This document shows positions 12,248 through 25,400 of a DNA stretch of 64,000 bases, piece after piece. The stretch lies in contig CM007991.1 in assembly GCA_002189035.1 (NCBI GenBank), forward strand, positions 4,092,001 through 4,156,000, given 5' to 3'. Position numbers and translations under genes: made by a program. Position 1 is the stretch's first letter, and every line of letters begins with the position of its first letter. This stretch comes from Utricularia gibba. Taxonomy: Eukaryota > Plantae > Magnoliophyta. The notes below the pieces were generated by a model. The model saw only the letters and a list, made by a program, of their open reading frames with translations. It did not search any database and was not told where the DNA came from.

Positions 12248-12643
12248 TTTTTCATCCCGCAGGAGTGTGTGGTCATTAGAGATGTACAGATGTGTAGTAT
12301 AATTAAGATCAAGCCACCTTTCGCATTAATTGGCTAATGGGGGTGTTTGAGATGACATTCTTGCTTAGAGTTTTCCTTTCTCAGATTGCAAATGAAAATG
12401 GCAATAATGACTGTTTCTTGTTGAATGTACGCATCACTGTATGTTGAGTACAGATATACAGAAAGATGCATGAGAAAATAAGCAACTTGATGTTGCTGTT
12501 ATTCTCTCTTGGAAAAGATTCCAAGGAACGTGCTGAGTTATGCAAAGGACTTATTTTTGTGTGAATTTCACAAGGAACGTGGTATGTCTAAACTATGCAT
12601 TAACTTACTGTATATTGGGGAAACCCATTTGAGCTTCCTTCGG

Positions 12644-15600
12644 TTATGACAGTTCCCAGACCTTATAATCCTTCCCCTCCATAGCTACAGTCCAGTTTTG
12701 CTGATCCCGTGTGGCATCATGGTTGCCAGGTCCAATCTTCACTGCTACCTTTTCATCTATGATTGCTGCATATACGTCTTTCTCTGCTTTCACAATCTCA
12801 ACCTTTTGGATCAAGAAAACTTGGCTGTTATCATTGTTTATGTTGACTGATTGAACTAAATGCGAACAAGGGTCCAAAACGCTTACTATGCTCCGGCAGT
12901 GGATCTTGTTTCGTTTTCTGATGGATATGAGTGACTCGATCTCAGGACGAAGCCCAGAAAAAATGTGATCATAGAACACTGAAGGTGTCCCAGGGTGAGT
13001 TAATATGTAGCAATAACCTTGCATTTCCTTCCCAGCTGGGAATCTCCAGTGACCCTTCATAACAGGAAAAAGGAAAAAGTGTGGGTATATATACTGATTG
13101 ATTCGCAAGATTCTGCAAGTTAACTGTCTTCAAACAAACCTGAGTTGAACCAGTGTCATGGTTTTCTATGAATGTTACTGCTCGAGACGGCCACCATCCC
13201 ATTACTCCCGGAGGCTTTCCCTTCTCATCTGATAAACGCCAGTATTCACATTTTTCAAGGACCTGTGCATCAAAATTCTTGAGTAAATCAGTCCCAACAT
13301 TCATTTGTAATACGGATTGCTTTCTGCAAGAAGTTGTAAATGGTGGATTAAGACAACTCGAGAAGGGAAACCAGAAACGAGATCTTACAGAATGTAGAAT
13401 TCCCTTTGTTGTGACATCAAATGCACCTGCACTCCCATTTGTAGCATTTATCCAGTCTATGATTCTTTGCCTGTGAGCATCCTGGTTTCGATCCATTTGA
13501 CCATATGTGTAACTAAGGGAATCCCAGAACTCTCCCACAGCAAAGTAAGGTTCTGTGGCGGCCATGTATTCCTTGATGTAACCACCCCAAAAGCCACGCA
13601 CAAAATCGAACCTCCACCCATCGAATCCAACTTCTTCCCTGCACAAGTTCTCATCTGCGTTAGCAGATGGCAACTTGAATATATCAATGAAGGGAGATGA
13701 TGTTAAACTGAGGACTGACCTTAACCATTTCATCCACTCCTTTATATCCCTCCTGACAAAGTCTTGTGAGTGATCAATATTCGGGGCTGCATGAAAGTGG
13801 TCGCCACTGCTCCGGTTACCCCTTCCCTGCAATAGATCAGAGGCATGAGCAGACCAAAACCGATATCTGAATCAAGTTGAGGAAGTAGAATGGTATGAAC
13901 CTGGAAATTTGGATCATCAGAGACAACTGCACGATCATCCCAGTTCATGCGACCACCAAAAATGTTCCAGATGCCATTTTGATTCCGATATTGAGCACAG
14001 CGGTGGTTTAAGACAACATCACCAAGAACTTTTATACCAACTTCCTGTAATCTCTTCACCACAGCTTTTAATTCGTCAATGTTTCCATAACGGGAATTTA
14101 AGTTGTAAAGATCTGTAGGCATGTATCCCTCCGGTGATACAGAAGCAGTGGGTGGAGGCAGCCAGATCACAGTGAAACCAATATCAGACAGCTCCAAGGC
14201 TTTGTCATGAAGTTCTATGTAACATCTTCCTGACTTGTGGGATTCCCAGTTGAATCCCTGACATAGTATTTCAAAACCTGAACCAGTTCCAGATGATATT
14301 TTTACAGGGGTTAGCTGATCTTCGTCTTCCAATTGAGAAATCCCTGTAAATTTAGGCATTGAAGTTCTAAAGATACTATAGGCTTCTGCAGCTAACTTCT
14401 CAATTTCTTGAAGAATGCTCTCTTGAACTGCCTTGCTTTTTGTTGTAAGACTCCTCTCAGATGAAATATTATTCACAAGATGTCGTATGTTGCTAATGAT
14501 ACCATCTGCGGCTGCAGAATCAATGTTATCCACTTCCAAGCCATCAGAAGCTGTGTAACTTCTGAACCCCCCCTCATTGCTAGGATCAGATGGAGCATAA
14601 TGTTTCCCCACAGTGACTGATCTTGATAAGGGGATGTAAAAATCATTTCCCTTGCAGTTTAACCATTCACTCTCATTGACCTTCAGCACAAACATGAATG
14701 CTGAGAGTCCATCTATTACAGGAATTGATACCCCTGAGCCATGCCCATCATCCTTTTTCTGTATAATACACAAAACAACAAAGTGCAGTAGCACATTAAA
14801 AACTGACTGAACACTGAGCTAGAAATAAATCTATGGCCTAAATGCACTACTCATGCTGAAAATGTCGCTTCAATAACTAAAACAAAGCGGAGGTACCTGC
14901 AACAATGTCTGGAATGCCTTGTTTTTGAAAATGGTTGTTTCAGGAGGACATGCCTCGGAAGGGATTTCCCATCTATTACTGCCATCTTTTGAAACACCCC
15001 AGTGTATGACTACATCTCCAGGCAAATCTGTTTCAATATCCAATACACTCCCATTTCTCTCCGGACTACGCCTTACGGATACGGTTACAGAGTTAGAGGA
15101 AATTAATTCCTTGAAGACAGAATGCTCTTCAAAGAAACCGTGAATACCCCATCTTTTTAACTTTGACTCCTGGGAGCCATCTCCTTCAAAGTCATTATCT
15201 TCATTGTTAAGCAACATATTTGATATTTTTCCAAACGCTCCTGCAAGAAAAAACCATATTCCTTGGCTTTGAAGTGTGAGAAAATGCACATTCATCAGAG
15301 TGAACAGCATATTTTAATAGTTCACCGTCTTTTTTTACCACTGCTTTTAAGAACCATGCATAGGATTTAGAACAACCTGTCCATGTACTCGAGCTCTTTC
15401 TGGACCCAGCTCCATTCCCACCATCCTGCAGACTCTCAGCAAGAAGCACCTTAAAGTCCCCCCCATATGCTTATACCATCGTGAAGTTTCTTCATCCTGA
15501 CAAGTTTACAACGAACTTAGGATACATTATGGGCTAAAGAGATTCATATGCAATACTCACTTTTAGACCATCATATTCCTCACAACATTAGCAAACAAAC

Positions 15601-16733
15601 CTTCAACACGAAGTTTATCGCTGAAATCGAACAGCTATATTTGAAATCAATTTTCAGTTCATAGAAAGTGCTTCCTTCAACTAAAGCAGGCACTTCTTCC
15701 AAAGGAGTCTCAACAGCGTAATCCTGGAGAGCCATTTGTGCTATACCATTATTAGGTTAATAAAGAAATAGAAATCTCTTAGAAGTGATGGTAAGAATCT
15801 GCCGTGAACCTTAATGGCAATAGTTCCTGGAGGCCTCATTTCCATTGGTGGCTGACCCCATTCACTGCGTCAGTGAGAATGAAGGAGACTAGTGTTAAAG
15901 AACTTTCATTTGCATCTTCAAATAAGCTCAAAATCTCGGATTCAAACCATAGACGAAGATGGAAATCGGTGAGCAAACAAGAAAGGTACTTTTTCTTAGG
16001 CTACAGAAAACCGAGAAACGTATCCATTTAGTACCTGGGACGCGTACCTGGAGGCATCTTCCACATAACGAACTCCCCAATGAAGAATCCATTTTCCAGG
16101 TAACGTACAACCCACGATTAGCTGCCAGCAATTATCATCTGTTCCACGTTCTAATCTGATTGTAATCTTTCCTTCGATCTGCTAATCAGGAAATGGTTAA
16201 AACTTACCCAAACAGACGAACACACTCAACCCCCCAGGAAGAAAACTGAAAATATGAAACAAATGGAGCCAGTAAAAGCGAAAGGCCCAGCCTTTACACG
16301 CTTTCATGTAATTACACTGCTTATCCTGAAAATGGTGCACGCGGCGATTCTCCAAAACCCAATTCCTAGAATAAGAAATACTCAAACAAGTACGGGCCAA
16401 TCATCCGAACATAAACAATTACGATAAGACATTCAGATCCAAGTAAGACGAACATCCCACCTGCTCAGATCTCTCCAGATGAAACATCTTTCTAAAAATG
16501 ACTTCCGATGATTCATTGGTCGAGGTTTCGGCCGAGCGGAGAGCTTGTGCAGGCGCGAAATTCCGGCGGGCGTTCGAATATCTGACATGGCAAGATGATC
16601 CCAAAGGTGGGAGCTTTTGAGAAACCCCCTGACGGCATTCCTGAACAGGCGTCAAACAATCCACACGGCGGCGATGGTGGCGATGACGATGGCGTAGACG
16701 GAACAGTAGTGGGGCCGTCGTTATGGCTGACAT
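12644..16733 (-). CDS. AMY3: Chloroplast alpha-amylase 3 (GH13 with N-terminal starch-binding modules), 12 exons; frameshifted as assembled (903 aa if one G is restored)
   Basis: Exons 16733-16461, 16178-16048, 15864-15810, 15723-15601, 15496-15377, 15240-14897, 14758-13901, 13826-13720, 13638-13389, 13262-13140, 13054-12887, 12802-12644 sum to 2711 nt, one short of a multiple of 3. Catalytic motifs [17 protein letters not shown] and FIENHDT are intact. The frame breaks in the C7 run at 15458-15464. Confidence 0.92.
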
Positions 16734-16834
16734 CTTTTTCTCGCAATCGGACAAATGCAACTGCACATCCTTTCAATACGAAAAGTTGGTTATATTTTCG
16801 AAAAAAAGGCCAATAAGCCGAGAACTTTTTAGAT

Positions 16835-17034
16835 ATTATTATGCACCCTTACGTGGCCTTTCGAAGGGGTTCTTTCCACATTTCTGAAACATAAGGGATG
16901 AATATGCAAAACTTTGTTGCGCACCAAAAGTAATTATTATACACCCCTTACGTGGGCTTGCCAGGGGTTGTTTTGATATTTATCAAACATAAGGGATGAA
17001 CATGCAAACCTTATTTGGGGGACCAAAAGGTAAT
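16835..17034. repeat. Imperfect tandem duplication (~99 bp x2) in the AMY3 proximal promoter, each copy with an ACGTGG (ABRE/G-box) core
   Basis: CCCTTACGTGG, AAACATAAGGGATGAA and ACCAAAAG(G)TAATT each recur 99 bp apart. ACGTGG lies at 16851 and 16950. Confidence 0.8.
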
Positions 17035-17923
17035 TCACTTTCGAAGGTAAGATTTGAGTGGACGATGGGCAGCATCTTGCGCTGCTCCACGGATCGTGCA
17101 TTTTTTTTTCATATATTTTTAATCTCAAATACTATGAGCCAGGGTTAGTGGACTCGGGATCCGCATCTGATACCGTGTCCCTATTATTTAAAAAAAAAAC
17201 CGAAAACTCACCTTACGGAGGAGAGTGCATCCACGCACTGCGTTGGACACCGGGACACGGACATGCCGATGGATCATCGAGAATTATGTAATAAAATATG
17301 TAGTGCAAAAACAGTGCACTAAAAAAAATAATGTGAAATGTGTAGGTAGTGAAACGACTACAATATATGCATAATTGAGTTTATGATACTTTTAATTTTA
17401 AAAAATTATTTTTCAAGAAATGCTTTTAATATAATAAAATTAAGTATTTGTAGTTTTTTTAAAAAAATAATAAATATTTCCAAAATTTTATTATTTTTTA
17501 AAAATTTATGTGACTCCTACTTGATAATAAAATTTTTTTTCTAAAATTGAAAACTGTTTCAAATAAAATTGAGTTTACACCATAAAAAACTCGAGTATTA
17601 TAAATTCATTATAAACTTAATCGATTTTATTTCAGTCGAATTCCTTGATTATTGTCATTTGGGCTTTAGCGGTATGGACCGAAAAGATGGGCCTGTTTTC
17701 CCATTGAAGATGGACACTTACCCGAGTCTGACCCGCCCATCGGTGTCGGGCAGGAATCGAGTGCTGTATTGCAATTTGCAACCAGAGGGCTACAGATGAA
17801 TTTATTGGACGACATTCAATTCGGCATACCACGCAATTCCCTGTGGTTTGCCACCTTCACCCAGTTAGGACCAGAATTAACCCACCTAAAGGCTAAGTAT
17901 AATAGTGAAGTAATAAATAAGTA

Positions 17924-17928
<5 letters not shown>

Positions 17929-17960
<32 letters not shown>
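17929..17960. repeat. (TA)16 microsatellite
   Basis: Direct reading of the sequence. Confidence 0.9.
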
Positions 17961-17964
<4 letters not shown>

Positions 17965-18072
17965 TTTTTTACTTTTAATAAAAACAAAAATATACACAAA
18001 TTAAAAGATTGACAATTCAAAAAACCAGCAAAAAGGATTGATGAGAAAAAAAACTCAGGGTGAACAATAGAA

Positions 18073-21000
18073 GGCAAATTACTTATCACACCAACATTCG
18101 GAGATATAATTCCATATTCTAGTCAACTTTGTATTCTAGTGTTCCACTTCATTTCCACATCATCATTTTTTATTTAATTTTTATATCAAAATTCAATCAG
18201 GATTTTATATTTATATTTTACACGAAAATTCAAATAAATAATATATTATATTTATTTCTTTTTATAAAATATTATAACTAATTCGTCCAGCATAATAATA
18301 CATACGTGACACTGACATGTTCAGATTTAAATATTAAAATTCTGAAAAAAGTTTGATGTAACATTATATTAATTTATCTTTTTTCCAATTCAAAATTAAA
18401 AAATGAATCAATAGTACACATATGATACTGATATGTACAGAAATAACATTAAAATTCTGGAAAAAGTTTGGTATAATATTAAATTAATTTATTTTTTTTC
18501 AATTCAAAATTAAAAAACGAAACAATATTACACATGTGATACAGACATGTTCAGATTTTAACATTAAAATTCTGAAAAAATTTGGTGTAATATTAAATTC
18601 ATTTGTCTTTTTTCCAATTCAAAATTTAAAAACAAAGTATATAATGAAATATACATCTCAGATCATTATTCTTTCTTTTTTTCTTCCTTTTACAATTTTA
18701 ATAGCTTCCTCTCCAATTGAGATCTGGTTGTACTGGGAGGTAACTTGTTTTATGGAAACAATGGTATGTGCTATGATTCACCATCACGATTTTCTACTTG
18801 GGTTGCTCGAGATACCTCAATTTCCATGTTGCTATCGTTGACTTATAAAGTTATGCAACTATCTTCAACTGAGTATTGTATTACCATCATTGTGAACTAT
18901 GTTGCTATGGATTTAACAATGGGTTTTCAAAGGTACTGCCATCCTCTTGATTAAACGGATGATAGTTTTTCTTTGATTTTTAATCAAAGTCATATGGTTT
19001 CAAGTGTTGATATGTATATTAGTGCAACTCCAAGCTTCATGAATTTGATCATTTAACAACACACTGATATGTAATTTTTTTTTCCAAATAACATTTATTA
19101 TTATTAGTTTTAAATTACATTTAGGATATTTTTTTGAATTCATATGATTAAATTGTGCTAATGATATATTTTATGTTTTATTTTTAGTTAATGTTGGAGA
19201 AGCATTAACCTGTTGTAATAATCCATGCACTTCACCAATATATCACAATCCTTCGCCACTAGAATCACCTTGTAATGAAGACATATTATGGGGTTCAGAT
19301 AATTTATGTGAGGAAGATGTTATTGAGCAAGCTGAAAACGAAATGATGCAAGAAGTTATTCCATCTCCACTTTCTTCAAGTGATGATGATGATGAATATA
19401 AAAAAGGCAAGTTTTATGAAAACGATGTGACAATGAAAATTCCAATAGCAATTGAGTTTGAGAAGACTTTAAATTTCTTTGATGGGACAAGCGGTGATCA
19501 ATGCAATAGGAGTTTTCTTCAAAGATAAAACTTCAATGAAGGAAGCATTGAATTATTATTGTATCACGAAGCTGAAAAGGCCTTTTCATGTTGAGAAGAG
19601 CAACAAAAAGCAATATGAAAAAAACTGTATCAACCGAAATGCAACGCCTCCATGTGAATGATGTGTTAGGGTATGGAATAGCAGTTCACTCAGTTTTGAA
19701 CAGTGACACAATGGGAGGGGTCTCATACTTGCTTTTCTAGTAATTCCAAAACTACTAGAAATGATAGTATTACTAGCAAATTTGTGTCTCTTCATATCAT
19801 GAATACGGTTAATGCGAATCCAGGGATACGCGTTTCTGATGTCATTGATGATATTGATGAAGTTTATCATTTCAAGATAACATATAAGCTTGAATGGACT
19901 GCTTTAGGCGTGCTATCATGCATATGTATGGTACTTGAGAGGAATCGATGACAAAGCTCCCTTCTTATTTGTTATCTATTAAGGAATCCAACCTACGTAA
20001 TTCATTTTTATTATTTTATAAATATTGATGTTTGTTTACTAACATATTTGTTTTATCACAGATACTATATTTGAATATTAGAATCTTCGTTCTCATGATG
20101 ACAAGCAAATGCTACACATGTATTTTGGGCTTTTGGATCATGTGTCAATGCTTTTAGGTATTGTCGTTCGGTTATTACTGTTGATGGACCACATCTATAT
20201 GCAGGATATAAATATCACCTTCTAATAGCATGCACACTCAATGGTGACCACACTATAATTCCACTTGCATTTGCTATTATTGAAGAAGAATCTTATGAAT
20301 CCTGCTATTGGTTTTTTAACCTTTTGGTTAAGCATATCGTGAAAGTACGTCATATTTGTCTAATAACTGATCGTGGTGCAGGATTATTATCTGCGATTAA
20401 GAATATAACTACTTTCAATGAGCCTATGGGAGATTACAGATTTTGTATGCAACATCTACTTGCAAATTTTATGTCACATTTCAGGTCGAAACATTTGGTT
20501 AATTTATTTTGGAAAGCTGCCTTGAGTGCAAAAACAGAAAAATTTCAAAAAGTTATGCAAAATATCAGAAATAATAATGAGGTAGCATTTGAGTATCTCC
20601 ATGAAATCGATACAAAGCGATGGACATTATCATATGATGATGACATTAGGTAACTTGAAATGAAATAATTTTATTTATATTATTTCTATGTTAACCCTAT
20701 ATTTCTTATTTTTGCAGATGTGGTGTGCATACCACAAGTATCTCTAAATCATTAAATAGTGTTTTACGTTGGGCACGAAGATTACCTCCAAAATCTCTTG
20801 TTGAGGCCACTTTCGAGAGATGTGTTAAGATTTTCACAAATAGTAAAGCAAAGATGGATTTACTCATGGAAAGGGGTCAATTGATTACTTCATATTCATT
20901 ATCTGTTTATAGGAAATGTGATGACAAATCAACCAACTACAGGATCAAGAAATACAATGCAGAAAAAATGAGTGTCACTGTGATGTCTCTAAGCGAAAAT

Positions 21001-21778
21001 TATAGAAAAAAAAAATTACTATATTGTTTGTTTGATAGATTTGATATATACTTGTGGAAAATGGCAGCAAAAAGCTATTCAATGTTCACATGCTATTCAA
21101 GTAAGAATTATCTTTTGATATATCATGTTATTTGTAATATCATAACAATTGTTAACTTTATTCCTCTTTTAGATGTACAAGGAATTCAATAAAGATGCAA
21201 GTTCTTATATTTCAAAATATTATCAAGTGAATACCCTTGCGAAAATATACAAAATATAATTTAATCCACCAATTCCTGAGAGTTGATGAGGTGCATCTCC
21301 ATTTGATTTTATTCACAATCCAACAAGAAGAGTGAATACCAGAGGTCGTGCTAGATCAACATCATTTTCAAGCAGCTTAACTCATATACATTCGAAGAGA
21401 AGATTAAGATTTGATGAATTTTAATTTTAGATATTTTTGAGAATGTGTTTTCGAGACTTTGAGATTCTAATTCGAATAATATTGCTTATGCATTTATTAA
21501 ATATTTTATTGCATAATTTTTGCATATATTTAATTGTTATGTTTTAATTTATTGATTAATATAAATATAATTATATTGTAATATATTATATTTAAAGTTT
21601 TCAATATAAAATATGATTAAATATATATATTTTTTTAGAAAATTATGTATTTATATGAATTTTTGTGCAAAAATAAATATGAAATAATGATGTGTAAATA
21701 AAATGCTATACTATAAGTCAAAGTTGATTAGGATATAGAATTCTCTATTCAAATATTGGTGTGATAAATAATTTACTC
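18073..21778 (+). mobile_element. Mutator-like (MULE/MuDR) DNA transposon with degenerate transposase
   Basis: TIRs of about 100 bp (GGCAAATTACTTATCACACCAAC... versus rc GAGTAAATTATTTATCACACCAAT...). Flanking direct repeat GAACAATAGAA/GATCAATAGAA (10/11). Internal fragments include WEGSHTC, TVDGPHLY, LITDRGAGLLSAI and a SWIM finger TCGKWQQKAIQCSH, with stops and frameshifts. The expected catalytic E reads K (TTSISKSLNSV). Confidence 0.85.
18300..18650. repeat. Subterminal tandem repeat (~115 bp x3) inside the MULE
   Basis: The unit beginning A(C/T)ATGT(T/A)CAGA...ATTAAAATTCTG...TTTTCCAATTCAAAAT recurs at about 18315, 18431 and 18545. Confidence 0.8.
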
Positions 21779-22475
21779 GATCAATAGAAGCAAAAGCTAT
21801 GAACCTAGATGATGAAAAGAGGTATGAATCTAAATTTTACAAGTGCATTATTTGCTCAAGATGTGGGTAAAAATCTAAAGTATAAATTTTGTTCACACAA
21901 AATTTTCGAATGTTACATTAAAACAATGTAAATCATGTTGTTCTTTTATGATAACTCATATTTTACTAAAAATAAATCTCATTCCTATAATTCATATACT
22001 TGTAAAATAAGTACCTTCAATGAATTTGATTATACATATTTTGTTCATGTTTTACGTTATAAAATGAATATGTTTCATACTAAAATCAGATATTTTCTGA
22101 GTAATTTCTAATATTTTGTTAATTTTAGTACTATTTATATTTTATGTAAAAAAAATAAAATAAATCGATAATTTAATATATTTTATATTTTTTAATATTT
22201 ATCTAAGTGCTATGAGTAGGGTCATATAACAAAGCATGTCTAAATCATATACATAAAGTTGACTGACAGACACGCACACAAGGAGAGACATGCTAGATTA
22301 TTCTAGCCACCAGAAATCTCTATAATTTTTTATTTTTATAAATATTTTGCAATACAATTTAAAATTATTGAAACCCATTTTTAAAATTCTCATCATCATC
22401 CACAAGGACCACAACCGATGTCTTTTATTTCTTGAATGCTGAGTACACGCGTAAAGTAGGACCCATGCATGGCGC

Positions 22476-25400
22476 ATGGCGGAGCCCGTAGATAGAGACG
22501 GAGAGTATCACCGCGAAACAACCGACAACCTATCAGTTCGCCGCCGGCGGAGGCTTGTTCAACGCTATGAACATACATCAAAACTTTTGAATGAAATTCA
22601 ATCATTAGAGGGTGATCTACCTGACACCAAGGTAATTGAGAAAGCCACTATGAGCTTGCCGATGAACTTTGAAGCCAAATTATGTGGAATGGAGGTAGTC
22701 GAAGCGGTAAAAAAGATGGTACCTAATTATGATGACCATGAAAGAAGCATTAGAAAAAGAATGTCGTTCTTTTTCCATGAAAGAAGGAATGTCGTTCTTA
22801 AATTTCATCATTGAATTGGAAGCATCGGAAAAAAAATGTCCATGAAAGAAGGAATAACAACAAATAATGTGGAATTTGTGCTTATCAACAAAAATCAGAA
22901 TCAACAATATGATGACAAAGTCAAGAGAATTCCACAAACAAATATTTTATAACAAAAACCTACTATTGAAACATGCCAATATGTGGTAAAATAAACCACA
23001 AATCAAAAGTATGCTGGAGCAGAAGAGGGGATTGTTGCAAGTATTATGGGTAGAAAAATTACAAAGCTGAGTTCTATTGGTGAAAACCAGAGAATGTATG
23101 TGATTGATGTAAAGGAAATGACCACTTTGAACGAGTATGTCCAACTAAAGGTGGAAAAATTGAACTCAACAATGCATCTCATCAAGAAAATCAGAAAAAA
23201 ACTACCTTTTCTATGTTTGAAGGTGGAAGGGAAATACCTTTTAGATTGATTAGTATGAATTTGCCACATCATGTAAATGAACACAGAAAGAGGTTGGTTA
23301 ATGGATAGAGGAGCCACAAATCCCATGTACAATAATAGAGTCAATTCTCCACATTATGCAAAGGAATGACATGTGGCATGTTTGGATGCACAGAACATGG
23401 TGCGAAGGTTGTGGAAAAGGGGACCATACTCATATCTATTAAAGAAGGATTGTTTCCAATGAATAATGTGACATTTGCTCTGAACATTGTTCAAAATCTT
23501 CTTAGTCTTGGAAAATTTGATAGGCACCAATATAAAATCATATATGAAGGAGAATTTTACTATATTACAGATTTAGAAGCTAAAGTTATTTTGAGAGCTT
23601 GGTTGCTGACCAACAATCTATATAGAATCAATAAATCAAGATTAGATAATTACATGCTTAATGCATTCAGTCATGCTAATTTATGATACATAAGATTTAG
23701 ACATTATGGAACTCAAAATTTACAAACACTGAGAAAGAAAACAAAGGAACTAAAAGACGTAAAATTTCAACGGAAATGTCGTGTAACATGTTAGAAAGGG
23801 AAACAAACAAGACATGAGTTCACTTTGAGTACCAACAGATCAATTCAAAAGCTGGAACTCGTACACATAGATTTATGTGACCCATTTCATAAGACTTTAT
23901 TTGGAGGTAGCAAATACTTCTTACTTTTTGTTGATGATTATACTTGATACTACTTGCTTTACTTCCTGAAATCAAAATACTAGACATATGAGTATGTTAA
24001 ACAATTTAAGAGCATGGTGAAAAAACAAAGTGAATTCAAGTTGAAGTCTTTGAGATCTGATAATGAGGGAGAATATACCTCTAACGTCTTGAGAGCACTC
24101 TACAATGAAGAGGCAATTGTGCATCACTTTACAGCTTCGTATACTCCTGAGCAAAATAGTGTTAGTGGAAGGAAAAATAGAATCGTTTTGAAAATATAAC
24201 TAGATGCCTTTTATTTGAAAAAAAACATACTCATTTGTTTTTGGGCATAAGTTGCCTCAACTACAGTGTATCTTCTAAACATGCTTTTATCTAGAGTTAT
24301 AAGTCGCGAGAATGTATATGAGTTGTGATTTGAAAAGCACCCAGCCAGAACCACGCGTGCAAGTTTCCTTGCATGTAGCTCATCCGTGATAACTTCTTTG
24401 CAAATTTCCTTTCTTCTGGCCATAGGTGTCATCAATGCCATTGAGCTTTGGTACTCATCAATAGTAAGTTGTAAGAAATTGTAATCACCTGAAGGTCTTT
24501 TGCAGTGATGTTATCAATGGTATAAAGTTTTGTCCATGTAAGTGAGAAAAAACAACATAAGCAAGACGAAAAGCCAAAAGTGGGAATATTTGTGGGATAT
24601 AGTGATGTTATCAAAGGGTATAAAGTATTATTCCCATATATAAAAAAATTGACTATAAACAGAGATGTAGTGTTTGATGAAGGTATACAATATATTCTAA
24701 ATGATGACTTATTCACCTTATCTAAATGTCTAGGAAATACGGGATCTAGAAATACCTCCATTTCCAAGTCAACTATGGGAACAACAAATGAGATGTTCAT
24801 TAGTGGCACTCAGAAGAATTCCCAAACTCATGCAACCAGTGATCTTAGAAATTATACACAAAGGGATGCAAAGCATCCTACTCTACAGAGTGAAAGATCT
24901 GCAGACCCTGAAGCTGAAAATAATGTATGAGGTGAAGTAGAGTGTCCTGTCTTAAAGAAAATGTAAGGTATGTAGATTCTGAAGTGGAAAATAACTTATA
25001 AGGTGAAATAGAGTGTTCTATTCTTGAGAGGGTTGAAAGGTTTGCCAATCTTGAAAATGAGTATCATGCATAAGAAGAGGTATGTATGAGAAATGAGGCT
25101 AGACGAAATGAGAGAAACTAGAGGACATCATCCTGGTGGAATGATTATATTACTAACCTCAATGAGTTTGAAAATGAAAGTATCTATGATAGAATAATAA
25201 ACTCAAATGGTTAAGAAAATTACTTATGCAAATATGAAAACTTACCATCAAATAAGTTTGATGTGCTATCATGCATACCATCACATATGCTCTAGCTATA
25301 AAAGAAGACAAATGGAAGAAAGCCATGATTGAGGAATTAGAGTCTTTTGAGAAGAATACTACCTAGGAATTCATAGAAAAACCACAAGAATTACACATTG

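Noticed and set aside
17120-17290. GC-rich ATCCGCATC/GTGTCC motifs suggesting a hAT MITE remnant
   Set aside because: No TIR pair or TSD could be defined.
21790-22400. Possible 5' LTR and PBS for the copia at 22.5-27 kb
   Set aside because: No similarity to the sequence after 26960 and no convincing PBS.
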